This document shows positions 1 through 9,723 of a stretch of 64,000 bases of DNA, piece after piece (within the stretch, counting starts at the first letter, position 1; each line of letters opens with the position of its first letter). This DNA comes from Thermoanaerobaculia bacterium. Lineage in GTDB: Bacteria > Acidobacteriota > Thermoanaerobaculia > Multivoradales > JAHEKO01. The DNA is taken from contig JBAUDS010000369.1 in the NCBI GenBank assembly GCA_049678185.1, positions 354-64,353 on the forward strand, read 5' to 3'. The notes under the pieces were generated by a model. That model was given only the letters and a program-made list of their open reading frames with translations. It ran no database searches and was not told the origin of the DNA. A program made the translations under genes and the position numbers.

Positions 1-442
1 CGCCAAGAGCAATCTCGACTCCCCCAAGAGCGTAGAAACCACCCTCGTCCTTTATCTCACCGGCTTGAGGAGGGTCCAGATCGAACAGCAGATAGCTGAA
101 ACCACCGCCGACGTAGGGCACCAAGTTTCCACTCGAGTTGAAGTTGTAGGCGACACCGAGCTCCAGAACCGTGACATCGAAGTCCTGTGACCGCACACCA
201 TCAACGTCACCGTCATCAAAGGGTAACAAGAAATCGGTGCTGAACTCGACGTAGCGCGTCCCTCGAAACTGCATGTCCCAATGGGCTCCGAGGCCGAACT
301 CCACGATGCCTCCTCCGCCGTAGGTGTTGCCGGCATCGGTCGAATCCGCCCAGGTGCCGAAGAATCCCGCACCGCCCCCTTTTGCCCATGAAGGGGCAGC
401 CAGAATAACCACCGCCGCCAGCGCTATAAGAACTCTCCTCAT
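1..442 (-). CDS. Outer-membrane beta-barrel protein, partial (3' end lies beyond the window start).
   Basis: Reverse-strand reading from the ATG at 442 gives MRRVLIALAAVVILAAPSWA (signal peptide), then a Gly/aromatic-rich sequence with alternating hydrophobic residues (FGTWADSTDAGNTYGGGGIVEFGLGAHWDMQFRGTRYVEF...), typical of OmpW/OmpA-like 8-10-strand barrels. A GGAGG Shine-Dalgarno lies 8 nt upstream. The provided ORF track shows only an overlapping wrong-frame ORF, because the true frame runs off the window edge. Confidence 0.55.
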   Translation of the reverse strand, partial: MRRVLIALAAVVILAAPSWAKGGGAGFFGTWADSTDAGNTYGGGGIVEFGLGAHWDMQFRGTRYVEFSTDFLLPFDDGDVDGVRSQDFDVTVLELGVAYNFNSSGNLVPYVGGGFSYLLFDLDPPQAGEIKDEGGFYALGGVEIALG

Positions 443-587
443 GTCGAAGCCTCCGTTTTGTTCAAATCCCGACCGCAACCGAGATCCGAGATCCGTCCTT
501 GGCGTTATCGGCCCGATTGTGGAGCAAAAACGGTCATAAACGCAAGGTAGTGTGTCACGCCGCACGCCCAAGGTGTAGATCTCCCAC

Positions 588-1199
588 CTAATATCCGGCG
601 GCGGCGCTCTGTTGCGCCCGACGCGCAACTGCGGAAACCAGGTTCTCGATGGTGTCTGCACTGGCTTCCAGCAGCTGCTCCACTCTGGCACCCGAGACTC
701 TGTCGACGCTACTCGTTTTGTTGTCCGAAACCACTTTGAGAACCTGGACGAGCCCCGGATCGCCGCCATGGAGAGCGGCCTCGTAGAATCCCGAGGCCTC
801 CATGTCGTAGACCACTGCCTCCGGGTAGAGACGCTCCACCCGCTCCACGGTGAGAACCGCATCCGTCCTACAGGGGGGCGAGAACGGTATGGCCGGAGAC
901 CAGCGCTGGCCGCTGGTCGCATCCCGCACCTCACTGGCCAGGATTGGTGAGCCCAGCGGGTAGGATCGATGGCCGCCGATGCCGACATTTATCCATCCGC
1001 CGATCGAAGACCCGGAGAGCCGCTGGCGAAGGTGAGCCACGGCCGCTGCCGCCGCCATCTTGCCGACACCCGACACGATCAACGTCGTCCCGTCCCCCTC
1101 CCAGATGCGAAAAGGATCGCCCTGATCCAGAGATCGAAGCCCGAGACGAGCCACAAGTGGCCGTGCCTCGGCTGGGAGCGCCGTCACCAGACAGATCAT
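588..1199 (-). CDS. PNP_UDP_1 family nucleosidase (MTA/SAH-nucleosidase-like; futalosine hydrolase / HpnG-like).
   Basis: An internal Met (MICLVTALPAEARPLVARLGL...GDGTTLIVSGVGKMAAAAAVAHL...VVYDMEASGFYEAA) matches the purine nucleoside phosphorylase/nucleosidase fold. The start at 1199 overlaps the upstream GT2 stop by 4 nt (ATGA). The 140-aa N-terminal extension in the ORF track is Arg/Gly-rich junk. Confidence 0.6.
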   Translation of the reverse strand: MICLVTALPAEARPLVARLGLRSLDQGDPFRIWEGDGTTLIVSGVGKMAAAAAVAHLRQRLSGSSIGGWINVGIGGHRSYPLGSPILASEVRDATSGQRWSPAIPFSPPCRTDAVLTVERVERLYPEAVVYDMEASGFYEAALHGGDPGLVQVLKVVSDNKTSSVDRVSGARVEQLLEASADTIENLVSAVARRAQQSAAAGY

Positions 1200-2053
1200 C
1201 CCGTCGCCAAGCCTCGGGGCACTCGGTCCCGGCACCAGCGCTCCCGTTTCAGTCGGTATTCGTCCGCCTCCTCGACCCTGCCCCTCTTGCGTGCACCGGC
1301 GGCGTAGATGTCGATCTTGTCGACGAGCATGTCGATCGCGGCCTGCCGGTCCTCTGTACCCAACGCCGCCGACCCAAGGACCCTCTCCAGGGCCTGGATC
1401 CGGTAGCGGTCGAGACCCCAGACCCGACGCGACAGCTGATCGTCGTGCCCCCCGTGCTTGACCACCAACCGCTCGGGGAGGAAAAGAACCGGCCAGCGCG
1501 AGCAGATTCGGAGCCAGAGGTCGTAGTCCTCGCAGGCCGGCAGCGTCTCGTCGAAGAGCCCCACCTCGTCGAACACTGATCGGTGGATCAGGACCGACGA
1601 CGGTGAGATCGCGCACAGCGGCAAACAGTCTTTAAAGATCCACCCACCCTGTTTGGCGTGCTTCCGGCGGGGGTTGACCCGTCGGCCACTACGGACCCAG
1701 ATCTCGTCGGTGTGGCAGATACGGTAGTCGGGTTCCTGATCGAGGCACGCCATTTGACGCTCGAGCTTTTCGGGAAGCCATTCGTCGTCCGAATCGAGCA
1801 GTGCGATCCACTCCCCAGTCGCCACTTCGATGCCGCGATTCCGCGCCGCGCTGACGCCGCGATTCTCTTGTGCCAGATAATCGACCGCGCCAAATTGAGT
1901 CCGCACCAGCGGGCCGGTGTCGTCGGTCGAGCCATCATCCACGACGATGATCTGCTCCGCCGGACGGGTCTGGGCAAGAACCGACCGTACCGACCGCAGA
2001 ACCAGATCGGCACGGTTGTAGGTGGGGATGACGACGCTGACGGTTGCTCTCAT
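1196..2053 (-). CDS. Family 2 glycosyltransferase.
   Basis: MRATVSVVIPTYNRADLVLRSVRSVLAQT...IIVVDDGSTDDT...LDSDDEW carries classic GT-A fold motifs (DxD, VVIPTYN). Its start overlaps the S9 peptidase stop by 4 nt. Confidence 0.8.
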   Translation of the reverse strand: MRATVSVVIPTYNRADLVLRSVRSVLAQTRPAEQIIVVDDGSTDDTGPLVRTQFGAVDYLAQENRGVSAARNRGIEVATGEWIALLDSDDEWLPEKLERQMACLDQEPDYRICHTDEIWVRSGRRVNPRRKHAKQGGWIFKDCLPLCAISPSSVLIHRSVFDEVGLFDETLPACEDYDLWLRICSRWPVLFLPERLVVKHGGHDDQLSRRVWGLDRYRIQALERVLGSAALGTEDRQAAIDMLVDKIDIYAAGARKRGRVEEADEYRLKRERWCRDRVPRGLATG

Positions 2054-4107
2054 TCTTCCATCAAACAACCCGGCGCCAGCCAGCGGTCCAGCCAGTCGTG
2101 CACTACCCCGTGCCACTGGAGGCTGTTGGATGGTCGCAGCACCCAGTGGTTCTCATCCGGAAAATAGAGAAACTCGCTGGCGACCCCTTTTCGCTGGAGG
2201 GCCGTAAAGGTCGCCATGGCCTGGGTGTCCGGGATCCGGTAGTCGTTGGCCCCGTGGACGACCAGCATCGGTGTCCGCCACTTGTCCACGTGTTGGGCCG
2301 GGTTGTGAAGCTCGAAACCCTCGCTGGCCGTCCAGTAGGTACCGCCATGCTCCCACTCGGGGAACCAGAGCTCTTCGGTGGCGTAGTACATCATCCGCTG
2401 GTCGAAGATGCCGTCGTGATTGACCAGGCAGTTGAAGCGGTCGGGCCAGTTGCCGGCTATCCAGTTGATCATGTAGCCGCCATAGGAGGCCCCCAAAGCG
2501 CAGACCCGCTCACCATCCATCCACGCATAACGATCGAGCGCCGTGGCGAGACCCTTCTGCAGATCCTCCAGAGGCTTGCCCCCCCAGTCACCACTGATCG
2601 AGTCGGTAAAGGCCTGTCCATAGCCGGTGGAGCCATGGAAATCGACCATCACCGCGGCATAGCCGGCTCCGGCGTAAGTCTGTGGGTTCCAGCGATAATG
2701 GAAGTCGTTGCCAAAAGAGCCCTGGGGTCCGCCGTGGATGAGAAACGCCACCGGGTACTTGTTCCCGGCATCGAACTCGGCCGGTTTGACCACATAGGCA
2801 TGCACCGTCTCGTTGTTCGCGCCGCGGAAGGTGAACTGATCGGGTTCGCCCATCACCACCGAGGCCAGCGCTTCACCGTTGATGTCGGTGATCTGCTGCA
2901 GCTCCGAGCCATCCCGCTTTATCGAATAGAGCTCGACCGGGGAGCGGAGATCGTCGCGGCCGAAGACGATGCGGTTGCCCGCGAGCGCCGGCGAGCGAAC
3001 GTGTCCTGCGCCGACTATCTTTGTCGGTTCACCCGACGCCACCGAGATGGAGAACAGGGAGACCTGGCCGACATCGGCCGCCGTCGTGTAGATCGTGCCT
3101 CCATCCTCGGAAAACAACACGCCCCGCGCCGAGCGGTCCCAGTCAGCGGTCAGCTCCCGCGTGCCGCCATCGGGCCAGTCCCGGAGAACGATGCGAAAAC
3201 GATCGGCTTCAAAGCCCGGCCTCGCCATGGCCAGGTAGGCCAACGTCTTGCCATCGGGTGAGAACACCGGTTGCGTATCCCAGGCCTCGTTGGCCTCGGT
3301 GAGACAGCGTGGGGACTGCGAGCCATCAGCCGGTACAAAGTAGAGATCGAAGTCGGTCGACCAGGCTTCGCTTGCCCCCACGTTCCGCGCCGTGAACACC
3401 AGCCCACTCCCATCGGGGGTAAAGGTAAGCTCTTCGGCGCCGCCAAACGGCTTCGACGGAATATCGGCCTCCATTCCCGCCGTCACGTCGACCGGATCGC
3501 CACCGGTTAGAGGCATGACGAACAGATGCGACCGACGCCCGTCGGCCCAGGTGTCCCAGTGGCGGAAGAGCAACTGCTTGTAGATGACACCCGAGGGCTT
3601 TTGCTCGTCTCGCTCCTCCAATCGCTTTACGGTGCAGTCGACGTCTTCACAGTCGACAAACACCTCCATGGAGATCGCCATCGTCTTGCCGTCGGGCGAG
3701 ATCGTCAGGCTGCCGATGTCCAAGGGCAGATCGGTAGCCTGTACCGCCGCTCCACCATCCCGGGGGATGCGCCAAACCTGCGATGAGCCCGACCGGCTGG
3801 AGAGGAAATAGACCGCCCGGCCATCGGCTGACCAGCGGGGGCTCGAGTCGCCGGCTTCGTCCGTCGTGACTCGGCGGAGACCGCTGCCGTCGACCCCCAC
3901 GATCCAGATATCGGTGCGGCCCTTGTCCGCCTCGAAGTCGGTCGTGCGGCGAACAAAGGCGATCTCTTCTCCTCCCGGAGCGACCTGGGGATCCGAGATC
4001 CGCTCCATGGCCACCAGGTCGTGGGCCGAGAAAGGACGGGGCTGGCTGCCCATGACCGGCAGGGCCGCAAGCAGCAGAACTATCGAGGCAAACAAGGAGA
4101 ATCGCAT
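2050..4107 (-). CDS. S9 family serine peptidase (prolyl oligopeptidase / acylaminoacyl-peptidase-like) with an N-terminal beta-propeller and a signal peptide.
   Basis: Signal peptide MRFSLFASIVLLLAALPVMG. TolB-like propeller repeats (SPDGK..., SPDG...). The C-terminal alpha/beta hydrolase domain has GASYGGY (the GxSxG nucleophile), HGANDYRIP (Asp) and DENHWV (His). GGAGGG Shine-Dalgarno upstream of the ATG at 4107. Confidence 0.85.
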   Translation of the reverse strand: MRFSLFASIVLLLAALPVMGSQPRPFSAHDLVAMERISDPQVAPGGEEIAFVRRTTDFEADKGRTDIWIVGVDGSGLRRVTTDEAGDSSPRWSADGRAVYFLSSRSGSSQVWRIPRDGGAAVQATDLPLDIGSLTISPDGKTMAISMEVFVDCEDVDCTVKRLEERDEQKPSGVIYKQLLFRHWDTWADGRRSHLFVMPLTGGDPVDVTAGMEADIPSKPFGGAEELTFTPDGSGLVFTARNVGASEAWSTDFDLYFVPADGSQSPRCLTEANEAWDTQPVFSPDGKTLAYLAMARPGFEADRFRIVLRDWPDGGTRELTADWDRSARGVLFSEDGGTIYTTAADVGQVSLFSISVASGEPTKIVGAGHVRSPALAGNRIVFGRDDLRSPVELYSIKRDGSELQQITDINGEALASVVMGEPDQFTFRGANNETVHAYVVKPAEFDAGNKYPVAFLIHGGPQGSFGNDFHYRWNPQTYAGAGYAAVMVDFHGSTGYGQAFTDSISGDWGGKPLEDLQKGLATALDRYAWMDGERVCALGASYGGYMINWIAGNWPDRFNCLVNHDGIFDQRMMYYATEELWFPEWEHGGTYWTASEGFELHNPAQHVDKWRTPMLVVHGANDYRIPDTQAMATFTALQRKGVASEFLYFPDENHWVLRPSNSLQWHGVVHDWLDRWLAPGCLMEE

Positions 4108-4187
4108 ATTTTCCCTCCGCAAAGAGTCAAGAATAGCAGTGCCGGTAGGCGGATTCGAGGGCCGGCGACGATACAATCCATCTCGCT

Positions 4188-4908
4188 CATGAGCCCCAGC
4201 TCATCCACCATGTCTGCTCGGCTCAAACGGTCACGTCGCCGTCTGCTCGAGTGGCTTGCCATCCATTTCTTTGGCGGCTTCGTTTTGCGGCTGCTGGTAG
4301 CGACCTGGCGGCTCGAGGACGCCGTGCCGGAGCACGTGGTGCAGGATCTGGCCAAGGGAAAGCGCTTCATCTATGCCTTCTGGCACAACCGGCAGATCGG
4401 TCTTATCAAGATCCACCACCGGTATCCGTATCCGCTCAAGGTGATGGTCAGCCGCCATGGTGACGGTGAAATCATCGCCCGCATCGTGGCCAAGCACGGC
4501 ATCGGCTCGGTTCGTGGGAGCTCGACCCGCGGCGGCCCGACAGCGCTCAAAGAGCTGATCGCGGCCACCGCCGAAGGCCACGTCGGCATCACCCCCGATG
4601 GGCCCGTGGGTCCCCGCTACCACCTCAAACAGGGAGCGGTGCTGCTTGCCTCTCGCAGCGGCCTCCCTGTCCTCTGCGTCTCCTGGAGCGCCGACCGCGT
4701 CTGGCGATTTCGCAGCTGGGATCGGTTCTTACTCCCCAAGCCCTTCGCCCGCCTCAAGGTGACCACCGACGGACCCATCGAGGTTCCAGCAAATCTCGAT
4801 GCTGACGGAATCGATGCGGCACGCGAGGACCTCGAGCGCCATATGAACGAGCTGACGGCGCGCCTCGATGCGGAGATGGGGCAGGAGGTCGATCTCAGCA
4901 GCCCGTGA
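4188..4908 (+). CDS. DUF374 family protein (lysophospholipid acyltransferase-like).
   Basis: FIYAFWHNRQIGLIKIHHRYPYPLKVMVSRHGDGEIIARIVAKHGIGSVRGSSTRGG...GITPDGPVGPRY is the conserved DUF374/LPLAT-like core. The start is uncertain (ATG at 4188 or 4209). The ORF-track N-extension overlaps the peptidase on the other strand. Confidence 0.6.
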
Positions 4909-4931
4909 TAGAAGTCCCACGGGCTGCTCCG

Positions 4932-6662
4932 CTACATTGAGATCGATCCCTTGCGGAAATCGGTGCGCCCGATGAGGGCGTTGATCAGCACCGGCCGGCC
5001 GGCGCTGACCTCTTCCTGGGCCTGATGGATGACCTTCTTCGTCTCCTCGGGTCGCTCGAGTCGAAAACCCCGGCCGCCAAAACCCTCGGCCACCACATCG
5101 TAGTCGGTACGTCTGAGGACCGTCCCCACATCGTCTTTCAGGATTTCCACTTGCTCGCGGGCGATCTGCGCCCAGCAGGCGTCGTTGCCCACCACTGCCA
5201 GCACGGGAATCTGATGGCGGACAAAGGTGTCGAACTCGGCAAGACTGTAGGCTACCGAACCGTCCCCGTAGAGGATCCAGACCGGGGCCTCGGGTCGACA
5301 GAGCTTGGCTCCCAACGCAAATCCAGCGCCGACTCCCAGGGTGCCAAAGACACCCGGGTCCAGCCAACTCAGCGGCGCCCGCGGTGAGACGATGTAGGAG
5401 GCGGTGGCGACAAAATCGCCCCCGTCGGCCACCAGAATGCTTCCCTCTTCGAGGTCACGTTCGAGCTGGCGGCAGAGATCGAGCGGGTTGAGGTACTGGG
5501 TCGTCTTGTCGGCCAAGCGTGTGATTTCTTCCGTGCGCTCCCGATCCCGCAGATGTAGAGCCTCGAGCCATTGCTCCCAGACGGGTTGTCCGACATCGCG
5601 CTCCGCCAAAGAGCGTAGAAAACGACCCGGATCGCAGACGACTCCGAGCTGCGGACGACGGTTCTTGGCCACCTCTTCGGCACTTCGGTTGACCGAGATC
5701 ACCCGCGCCATGCGGTTGATCTGTCGTCCGTAGTCGAGGCGGAAATCGCAGGGCACACCGGCCAGAAGCACGGTGTCGGCTTCCCGCAGGGCCTTGCGGC
5801 GCTGGTGGCGGAGCTGCAATCGATGCCCCCGACCGAGCAGACCACGCGCCATACCGGACAGATAGACCGGGATGCCGAGACGCTCGACCGCCGCCGCCAG
5901 ATCGCTGATAGCTCCCGTGTCGAGCGTCGCCTGGCTCCCCACCATAAGAACCGGGCGACTGGACCGACTCAGAAGCCGCACCGCCCGCCTAACGGCCGAG
6001 CCCGGCGCGGGCGAGGTCTCCACTCTCACGGGGTCACCGGCCGTATACCTCTCGGCGTCGCCAAAGAGTCTGTCCAGGTGGCGACGAAGATACCAATCCA
6101 GGGCACGCTCCCCGAGCGAGCCTCCTTTCCGATCGGTCTGCTGGCCATAGAGACCCCTTACCAGCTTCTCCTCGTAAAGAAGATCGACTGGGCACTCGAC
6201 AAATACCGGACCTGGAACGCCGCGCTGCGCGATCGAGAAGGCACGGAGCAGCACCGGTATCAGATCCCGCACTCGCGAGACACTCACGGCCCATTTGACA
6301 TGGGGCTCGAACAGCGCCATCTGATCGATGTCCTGAAGAGCACCCCTCCCCTTCAGGATGGTGCCGGTAGCACCACCCAGGAGGACCACCGGAGACTGTG
6401 CGAGCTGGGCGTTCTTGACCGCTGTGATGGTGTTGGTGACACCAGGGCCCGCCGTCACCGCCGCGACCCCGGGGGTGCCGCTGAGCCGGGCCACGGCGTC
6501 GGCGGCAAAGACGGCGTTGGCCTCGTGGCGAACATCCACCACTCGGATGCCAACCCGTTTGGCGGCGACCAGAATGGGTGAGATGTGCCCCCCACACAGA
6601 GTGAACAGAAACCGGACACCCTGCTTGTCGAGGACTTCGGCGATGAGCTCGCCGCCATTCAT
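4932..6662 (-). CDS. Thiamine-pyrophosphate-dependent enzyme (acetolactate synthase large-subunit-like / decarboxylase family).
   Basis: N-terminal TPP-Pyr domain ([25 protein letters not shown]...TAGPGVTN), a central domain, and a C-terminal TPP-PP domain ([15 protein letters not shown]...[16 protein letters not shown]...GNDACW) with a GDG-type motif. The substrate cannot be assigned. Confidence 0.8.
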   Translation of the reverse strand: MNGGELIAEVLDKQGVRFLFTLCGGHISPILVAAKRVGIRVVDVRHEANAVFAADAVARLSGTPGVAAVTAGPGVTNTITAVKNAQLAQSPVVLLGGATGTILKGRGALQDIDQMALFEPHVKWAVSVSRVRDLIPVLLRAFSIAQRGVPGPVFVECPVDLLYEEKLVRGLYGQQTDRKGGSLGERALDWYLRRHLDRLFGDAERYTAGDPVRVETSPAPGSAVRRAVRLLSRSSRPVLMVGSQATLDTGAISDLAAAVERLGIPVYLSGMARGLLGRGHRLQLRHQRRKALREADTVLLAGVPCDFRLDYGRQINRMARVISVNRSAEEVAKNRRPQLGVVCDPGRFLRSLAERDVGQPVWEQWLEALHLRDRERTEEITRLADKTTQYLNPLDLCRQLERDLEEGSILVADGGDFVATASYIVSPRAPLSWLDPGVFGTLGVGAGFALGAKLCRPEAPVWILYGDGSVAYSLAEFDTFVRHQIPVLAVVGNDACWAQIAREQVEILKDDVGTVLRRTDYDVVAEGFGGRGFRLERPEETKKVIHQAQEEVSAGRPVLINALIGRTDFRKGSISM

Positions 6663-6690
6663 ACCCGCGATCCGTCCAACACGTACAGTG

Positions 6691-8322
6691 CTATACCTCG
6701 TCCATATGGGGATAAGAAAAGTCAGTCGGCGGCACGAAGTTCTCTTTCATCGACCGCAGTGAGGTCCAGCGCATCAGGTTGAGCATGGAACCCGCCTTGT
6801 CGTTGGTCCCCGAGGCCCGGGAGCCGCCAAAGGGCTGCTGCCCCACCACCGCTCCGGTCGGTTTGTCGTTGATGTAGAAGTTTCCCGCGGAGTGGCGAAG
6901 AGCTGCAGCGAGTTTGACGATGACGGAACGATCCTGGGCGAACACGGCCCCGGTCAAAGCATAAGGGCTGGTCGTGTCGCAAAGCTCCAGGGTCTCATCC
7001 ACGCGATCATCGTCGTACACATAGATGGTGAGGATGGGTGCAAAGATCTCCTCCCGCATGAGCTTGGATCGTGGATCCTCCGAAAGAACGACCGTGGGCT
7101 CCAAAAAGTAGCCTTCGGATTTGTCTCCGCTGCCACCGCAGACGATCTCGAAACCGGTCGAGCCCGTCGCGTGCTCGATGTAGCTCATGGCGTTGTCGAA
7201 CGACTTCTCGTCGATTACGGCACACATGAAATTGCGAAAGTCGAGAGGCGATCCCATGCGGATGCGCCCCACATCCTGTTCCAACCCACTTCGCACCTCG
7301 GGCCAGAGCGATTTTGGGATGTAAGCGCGGGAGGCAGCCGAACACTTCTGCCCCTGGTACTCGAAGGCTCCCCGCACCAGGGCGGTAACCAGCGACTTCA
7401 CGTCGGCCGAGGGATGCGCAAAGACGAAATCCTTGCCACCGGTCTCACCCACGATTCGAGGATAGGTGTTGTAGGAAGCCAGATTCTCGCCGATCTGTCT
7501 CCACATCGCCTGAAAGGTGGAAGTCGAGCCGGTGAAGTGGATTCCCGCCAGCTCGGGTCTGACGAGGACGGGATCGCCGACCTGCGCCCCCTTCCCCGGC
7601 AAGAAGTTGATCACCCCCGGAGGCAGACCGGCGGCTTCCAACAGCTTCATGATGTAGTAGCCGGACAGCAGGGAAGTCGAGGCGGGCTTCCACAGTACCG
7701 TGTTCCCCATCAAGGCCGGCGCCGTGGGCAGGTTGCCGGCGATGGAGGTGAAGTTGAAGGGGGTGACCGCAAAGACAACCCCCTCCAGGGCCCGGTACTC
7801 GACGTAGTCCCAGATCCCGGGTGCGGATCCCGGCTGCTCGCTGTACAGCTGTCGCATGTAGTAGGGGTTGAAGCGCCAGAAATCGACCAGCTCGCAGGCC
7901 GAGTCGATCTCCGCTTGGAAGACCGTCTTCGACTGGTCGAGCATGGTGGCGGCGTTGAGAGTATCCCGCCAGGGACCGGCCAACAGATCGGCGGCCTTGA
8001 GGAATACCGCGGCTCTCGCCTCCCAGTCCATCTCGGACCACTCCGTCCAGGCAGCGGCAGCGGCCTCGACCGCCCGATTCACTTCCTCGGGACCCGCCTG
8101 GTGCACCTCGGCCAGGACATGACCGTGGTCGTGGGGACAGACAGCGGTGGTCGTTTTGCCGGTGCGGATCTCCTCTCCACCGACGATGACCGGCACCTCC
8201 ACCTGCTCGTCCATCATCTCCTGCAGCCGCTTCTTCAGCGAAGTCTTCTCGGAGGTCCCCGGGGAGTAGGGCTGAATGGGTTCGTTGGTCGGCTCCGGAA
8301 CGCTCACGATGCCAATTGCCAT
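6691..8322 (-). CDS. pruA: L-glutamate gamma-semialdehyde (delta-1-pyrroline-5-carboxylate) dehydrogenase, ALDH4 type.
   Basis: Aldehyde dehydrogenase superfamily with the ALDH4/P5CDH-specific N-terminus ([17 protein letters not shown]...), VGETGGKDF, catalytic Cys in [10 protein letters not shown], and EIFAPIL. GGAGA Shine-Dalgarno before the ATG at 8322. Confidence 0.85.
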   Translation of the reverse strand: MAIGIVSVPEPTNEPIQPYSPGTSEKTSLKKRLQEMMDEQVEVPVIVGGEEIRTGKTTTAVCPHDHGHVLAEVHQAGPEEVNRAVEAAAAAWTEWSEMDWEARAAVFLKAADLLAGPWRDTLNAATMLDQSKTVFQAEIDSACELVDFWRFNPYYMRQLYSEQPGSAPGIWDYVEYRALEGVVFAVTPFNFTSIAGNLPTAPALMGNTVLWKPASTSLLSGYYIMKLLEAAGLPPGVINFLPGKGAQVGDPVLVRPELAGIHFTGSTSTFQAMWRQIGENLASYNTYPRIVGETGGKDFVFAHPSADVKSLVTALVRGAFEYQGQKCSAASRAYIPKSLWPEVRSGLEQDVGRIRMGSPLDFRNFMCAVIDEKSFDNAMSYIEHATGSTGFEIVCGGSGDKSEGYFLEPTVVLSEDPRSKLMREEIFAPILTIYVYDDDRVDETLELCDTTSPYALTGAVFAQDRSVIVKLAAALRHSAGNFYINDKPTGAVVGQQPFGGSRASGTNDKAGSMLNLMRWTSLRSMKENFVPPTDFSYPHMDEV

Positions 8323-8429
8323 CGAAGAATCTCCTTTTTTTGTAGATTGCCGGATACGCTCGGTCCAGCATTCACCGGCCGGTTGATGCTATCCGGCGCG
8401 GCCCGGCGAAGCAACGGTGAAGAGTCGGT

Positions 8430-8798
8430 TCAGAGGCGGAAGGCTGTCCAGGCGAACAGCAGAAATCCGGCGATCAGAAGCACACCGCCGAGGGGAGTCA
8501 CGGCCCCCAGCCAGCGGGGCGCCCCGAGGGCCAGGGCCGCCACGGTCCCAGAGAAGACAACCGCACCGACGAGAAGACTCCAAGCGGCCCCTTCGAACCC
8601 CGGACGTGGCCAGGTGCGACCCACAATCCCCAAGAGAGTCATCCCGAAACCACCATACATGGCATACCGAGCCGCCGTCTCCCAAAGCGCCAACGCCCGC
8701 TCGTCCAGCCTCTCGGCAAGACCATGCGCGCCAAACGCACCCGCCCCCACAGCCAGCGCACACATCAGTGGACCAATAAACAGAGCTGCGCTTTGCAT
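8430..8798 (-). CDS. DUF423 (YgdD/TMEM256 family) small membrane protein.
   Basis: 122 aa with 3-4 TM helices and the conserved GAFGAHGL ... YAMYGGFG motifs. Confidence 0.75.
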   Translation of the reverse strand: MQSAALFIGPLMCALAVGAGAFGAHGLAERLDERALALWETAARYAMYGGFGMTLLGIVGRTWPRPGFEGAAWSLLVGAVVFSGTVAALALGAPRWLGAVTPLGGVLLIAGFLLFAWTAFRL

Positions 8799-8870
8799 GA
8801 AACCCTCCAGACTTTGGGACCTCGAGCCCCCGAAGCGGCCAGCCTCCGTGCCGGCCGGATCCCCAAGCCC

Positions 8871-9149
8871 TTACTCCCCCACCTCCACCAGCGGATAGAT
8901 CTTCTTCACTTTTCCCTGCGCAATCACCAACCGGTCGTACTTCTTCCACACTCCAAACTCCGCCGCCCGCTGCAGATACTCTTCGTTCGAGCGACCCTCC
9001 TCACCCTCTTCATGGCCATCGGCATCGAGGAGGATCAATCCGCGCTCGGTCCGCTCGTCGAAGCGCCCGACGAACACCTCCGGACCATCGGTCTCCACGA
9101 CCACCGTAATGCCGTGGAGCTCGCCTTTGTCGTCGTGAAATGTGCCCAT
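8871..9149 (-). CDS. Hypothetical small acidic protein (92 aa).
   Basis: Genome-typical codon usage. Sits immediately downstream of, and contiguous with, the bacilliredoxin-like gene (1 nt gap). No recognisable domain. Confidence 0.4.
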   Translation of the reverse strand: MGTFHDDKGELHGITVVVETDGPEVFVGRFDERTERGLILLDADGHEEGEEGRSNEEYLQRAAEFGVWKKYDRLVIAQGKVKKIYPLVEVGE

Positions 9150-9584
9150 TCAGGAGGTCGCGACCGCGGCAAAATACCGATCAAAAGCGGCGGTCAGATC
9201 GCCCGCCACATCTTCTGCGCTACGGCTCTCGATCCGGTGCCGCGGCACGAAATACACCAGCTCGCCATCTTTGAATAGCGCAATGGAAGGGCTCGACGGC
9301 GGGATGTCGGCGAAGAGATTCCGCGCCCGGGCGGTAGCCTCCACCTCCTGACCGGCAAAGACCGTCAACAGACGATCGGGTTTGACACTGTGCTGGAGTG
9401 CCATCCGGATCCCGGGCCGTGCCTGGCCTGCAGCACAGCCACAGACCGAATTGATGACCAGAATGGCCGTTCCGTTCTTGTCCGCCATGACACGGTCGAC
9501 GTCCTCAGCGGTGAGCAACTCGTCGAAGCCCAGACTGGTGAGCTCCTCCTTCATCGGTTTGACCATGATTGGACTGTATGGCAC
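9150..9584 (-). CDS. BrxA/BrxB (YphP/YqiW, DUF1094) bacilliredoxin-family thiol-disulfide oxidoreductase.
   Basis: 144 aa with LVINSVCGCAAG, the CGC redox motif and surrounding sequence characteristic of the bacilliredoxin family. Confidence 0.7.
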   Translation of the reverse strand: MPYSPIMVKPMKEELTSLGFDELLTAEDVDRVMADKNGTAILVINSVCGCAAGQARPGIRMALQHSVKPDRLLTVFAGQEVEATARARNLFADIPPSSPSIALFKDGELVYFVPRHRIESRSAEDVAGDLTAAFDRYFAAVATS

Positions 9585-9723
9585 GTATATCTCTCCTTGA
9601 TTCTCAGATTCTCGATCTGACCACCTGCGTCACAAGTGCAAGGCGGTGGAAGTTGGCAGACATTGTACGACATTCCTGGGCTGGTAGACTGCGACAGGTT
9701 TTCCGGGCCGGAGCTTCGAAGCC

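Noticed and set aside
52-372. 106-aa minus-strand ORF from the track.
   Set aside because: It is in the wrong frame. The convincing gene here is a signal-peptide-bearing beta-barrel protein in another minus-strand frame (ATG at 442) that runs off the window edge, so the track cannot show it.
2044-3261. 405-aa plus-strand ORF antisense to the S9 peptidase.
   Set aside because: Shadow ORF. The peptidase frame has the catalytic triad motifs and a signal peptide.
4021-4187. N-terminal 56-codon extension of the DUF374 ORF.
   Set aside because: It overlaps the peptidase gene on the opposite strand and has Arg/Gly-rich junk composition. A later ATG was chosen.
6892-8898. 668-aa plus-strand ORF overlapping P5CDH and DUF423.
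   Set aside because: It is antisense to two well-supported genes, low-complexity, and crosses a gene boundary.
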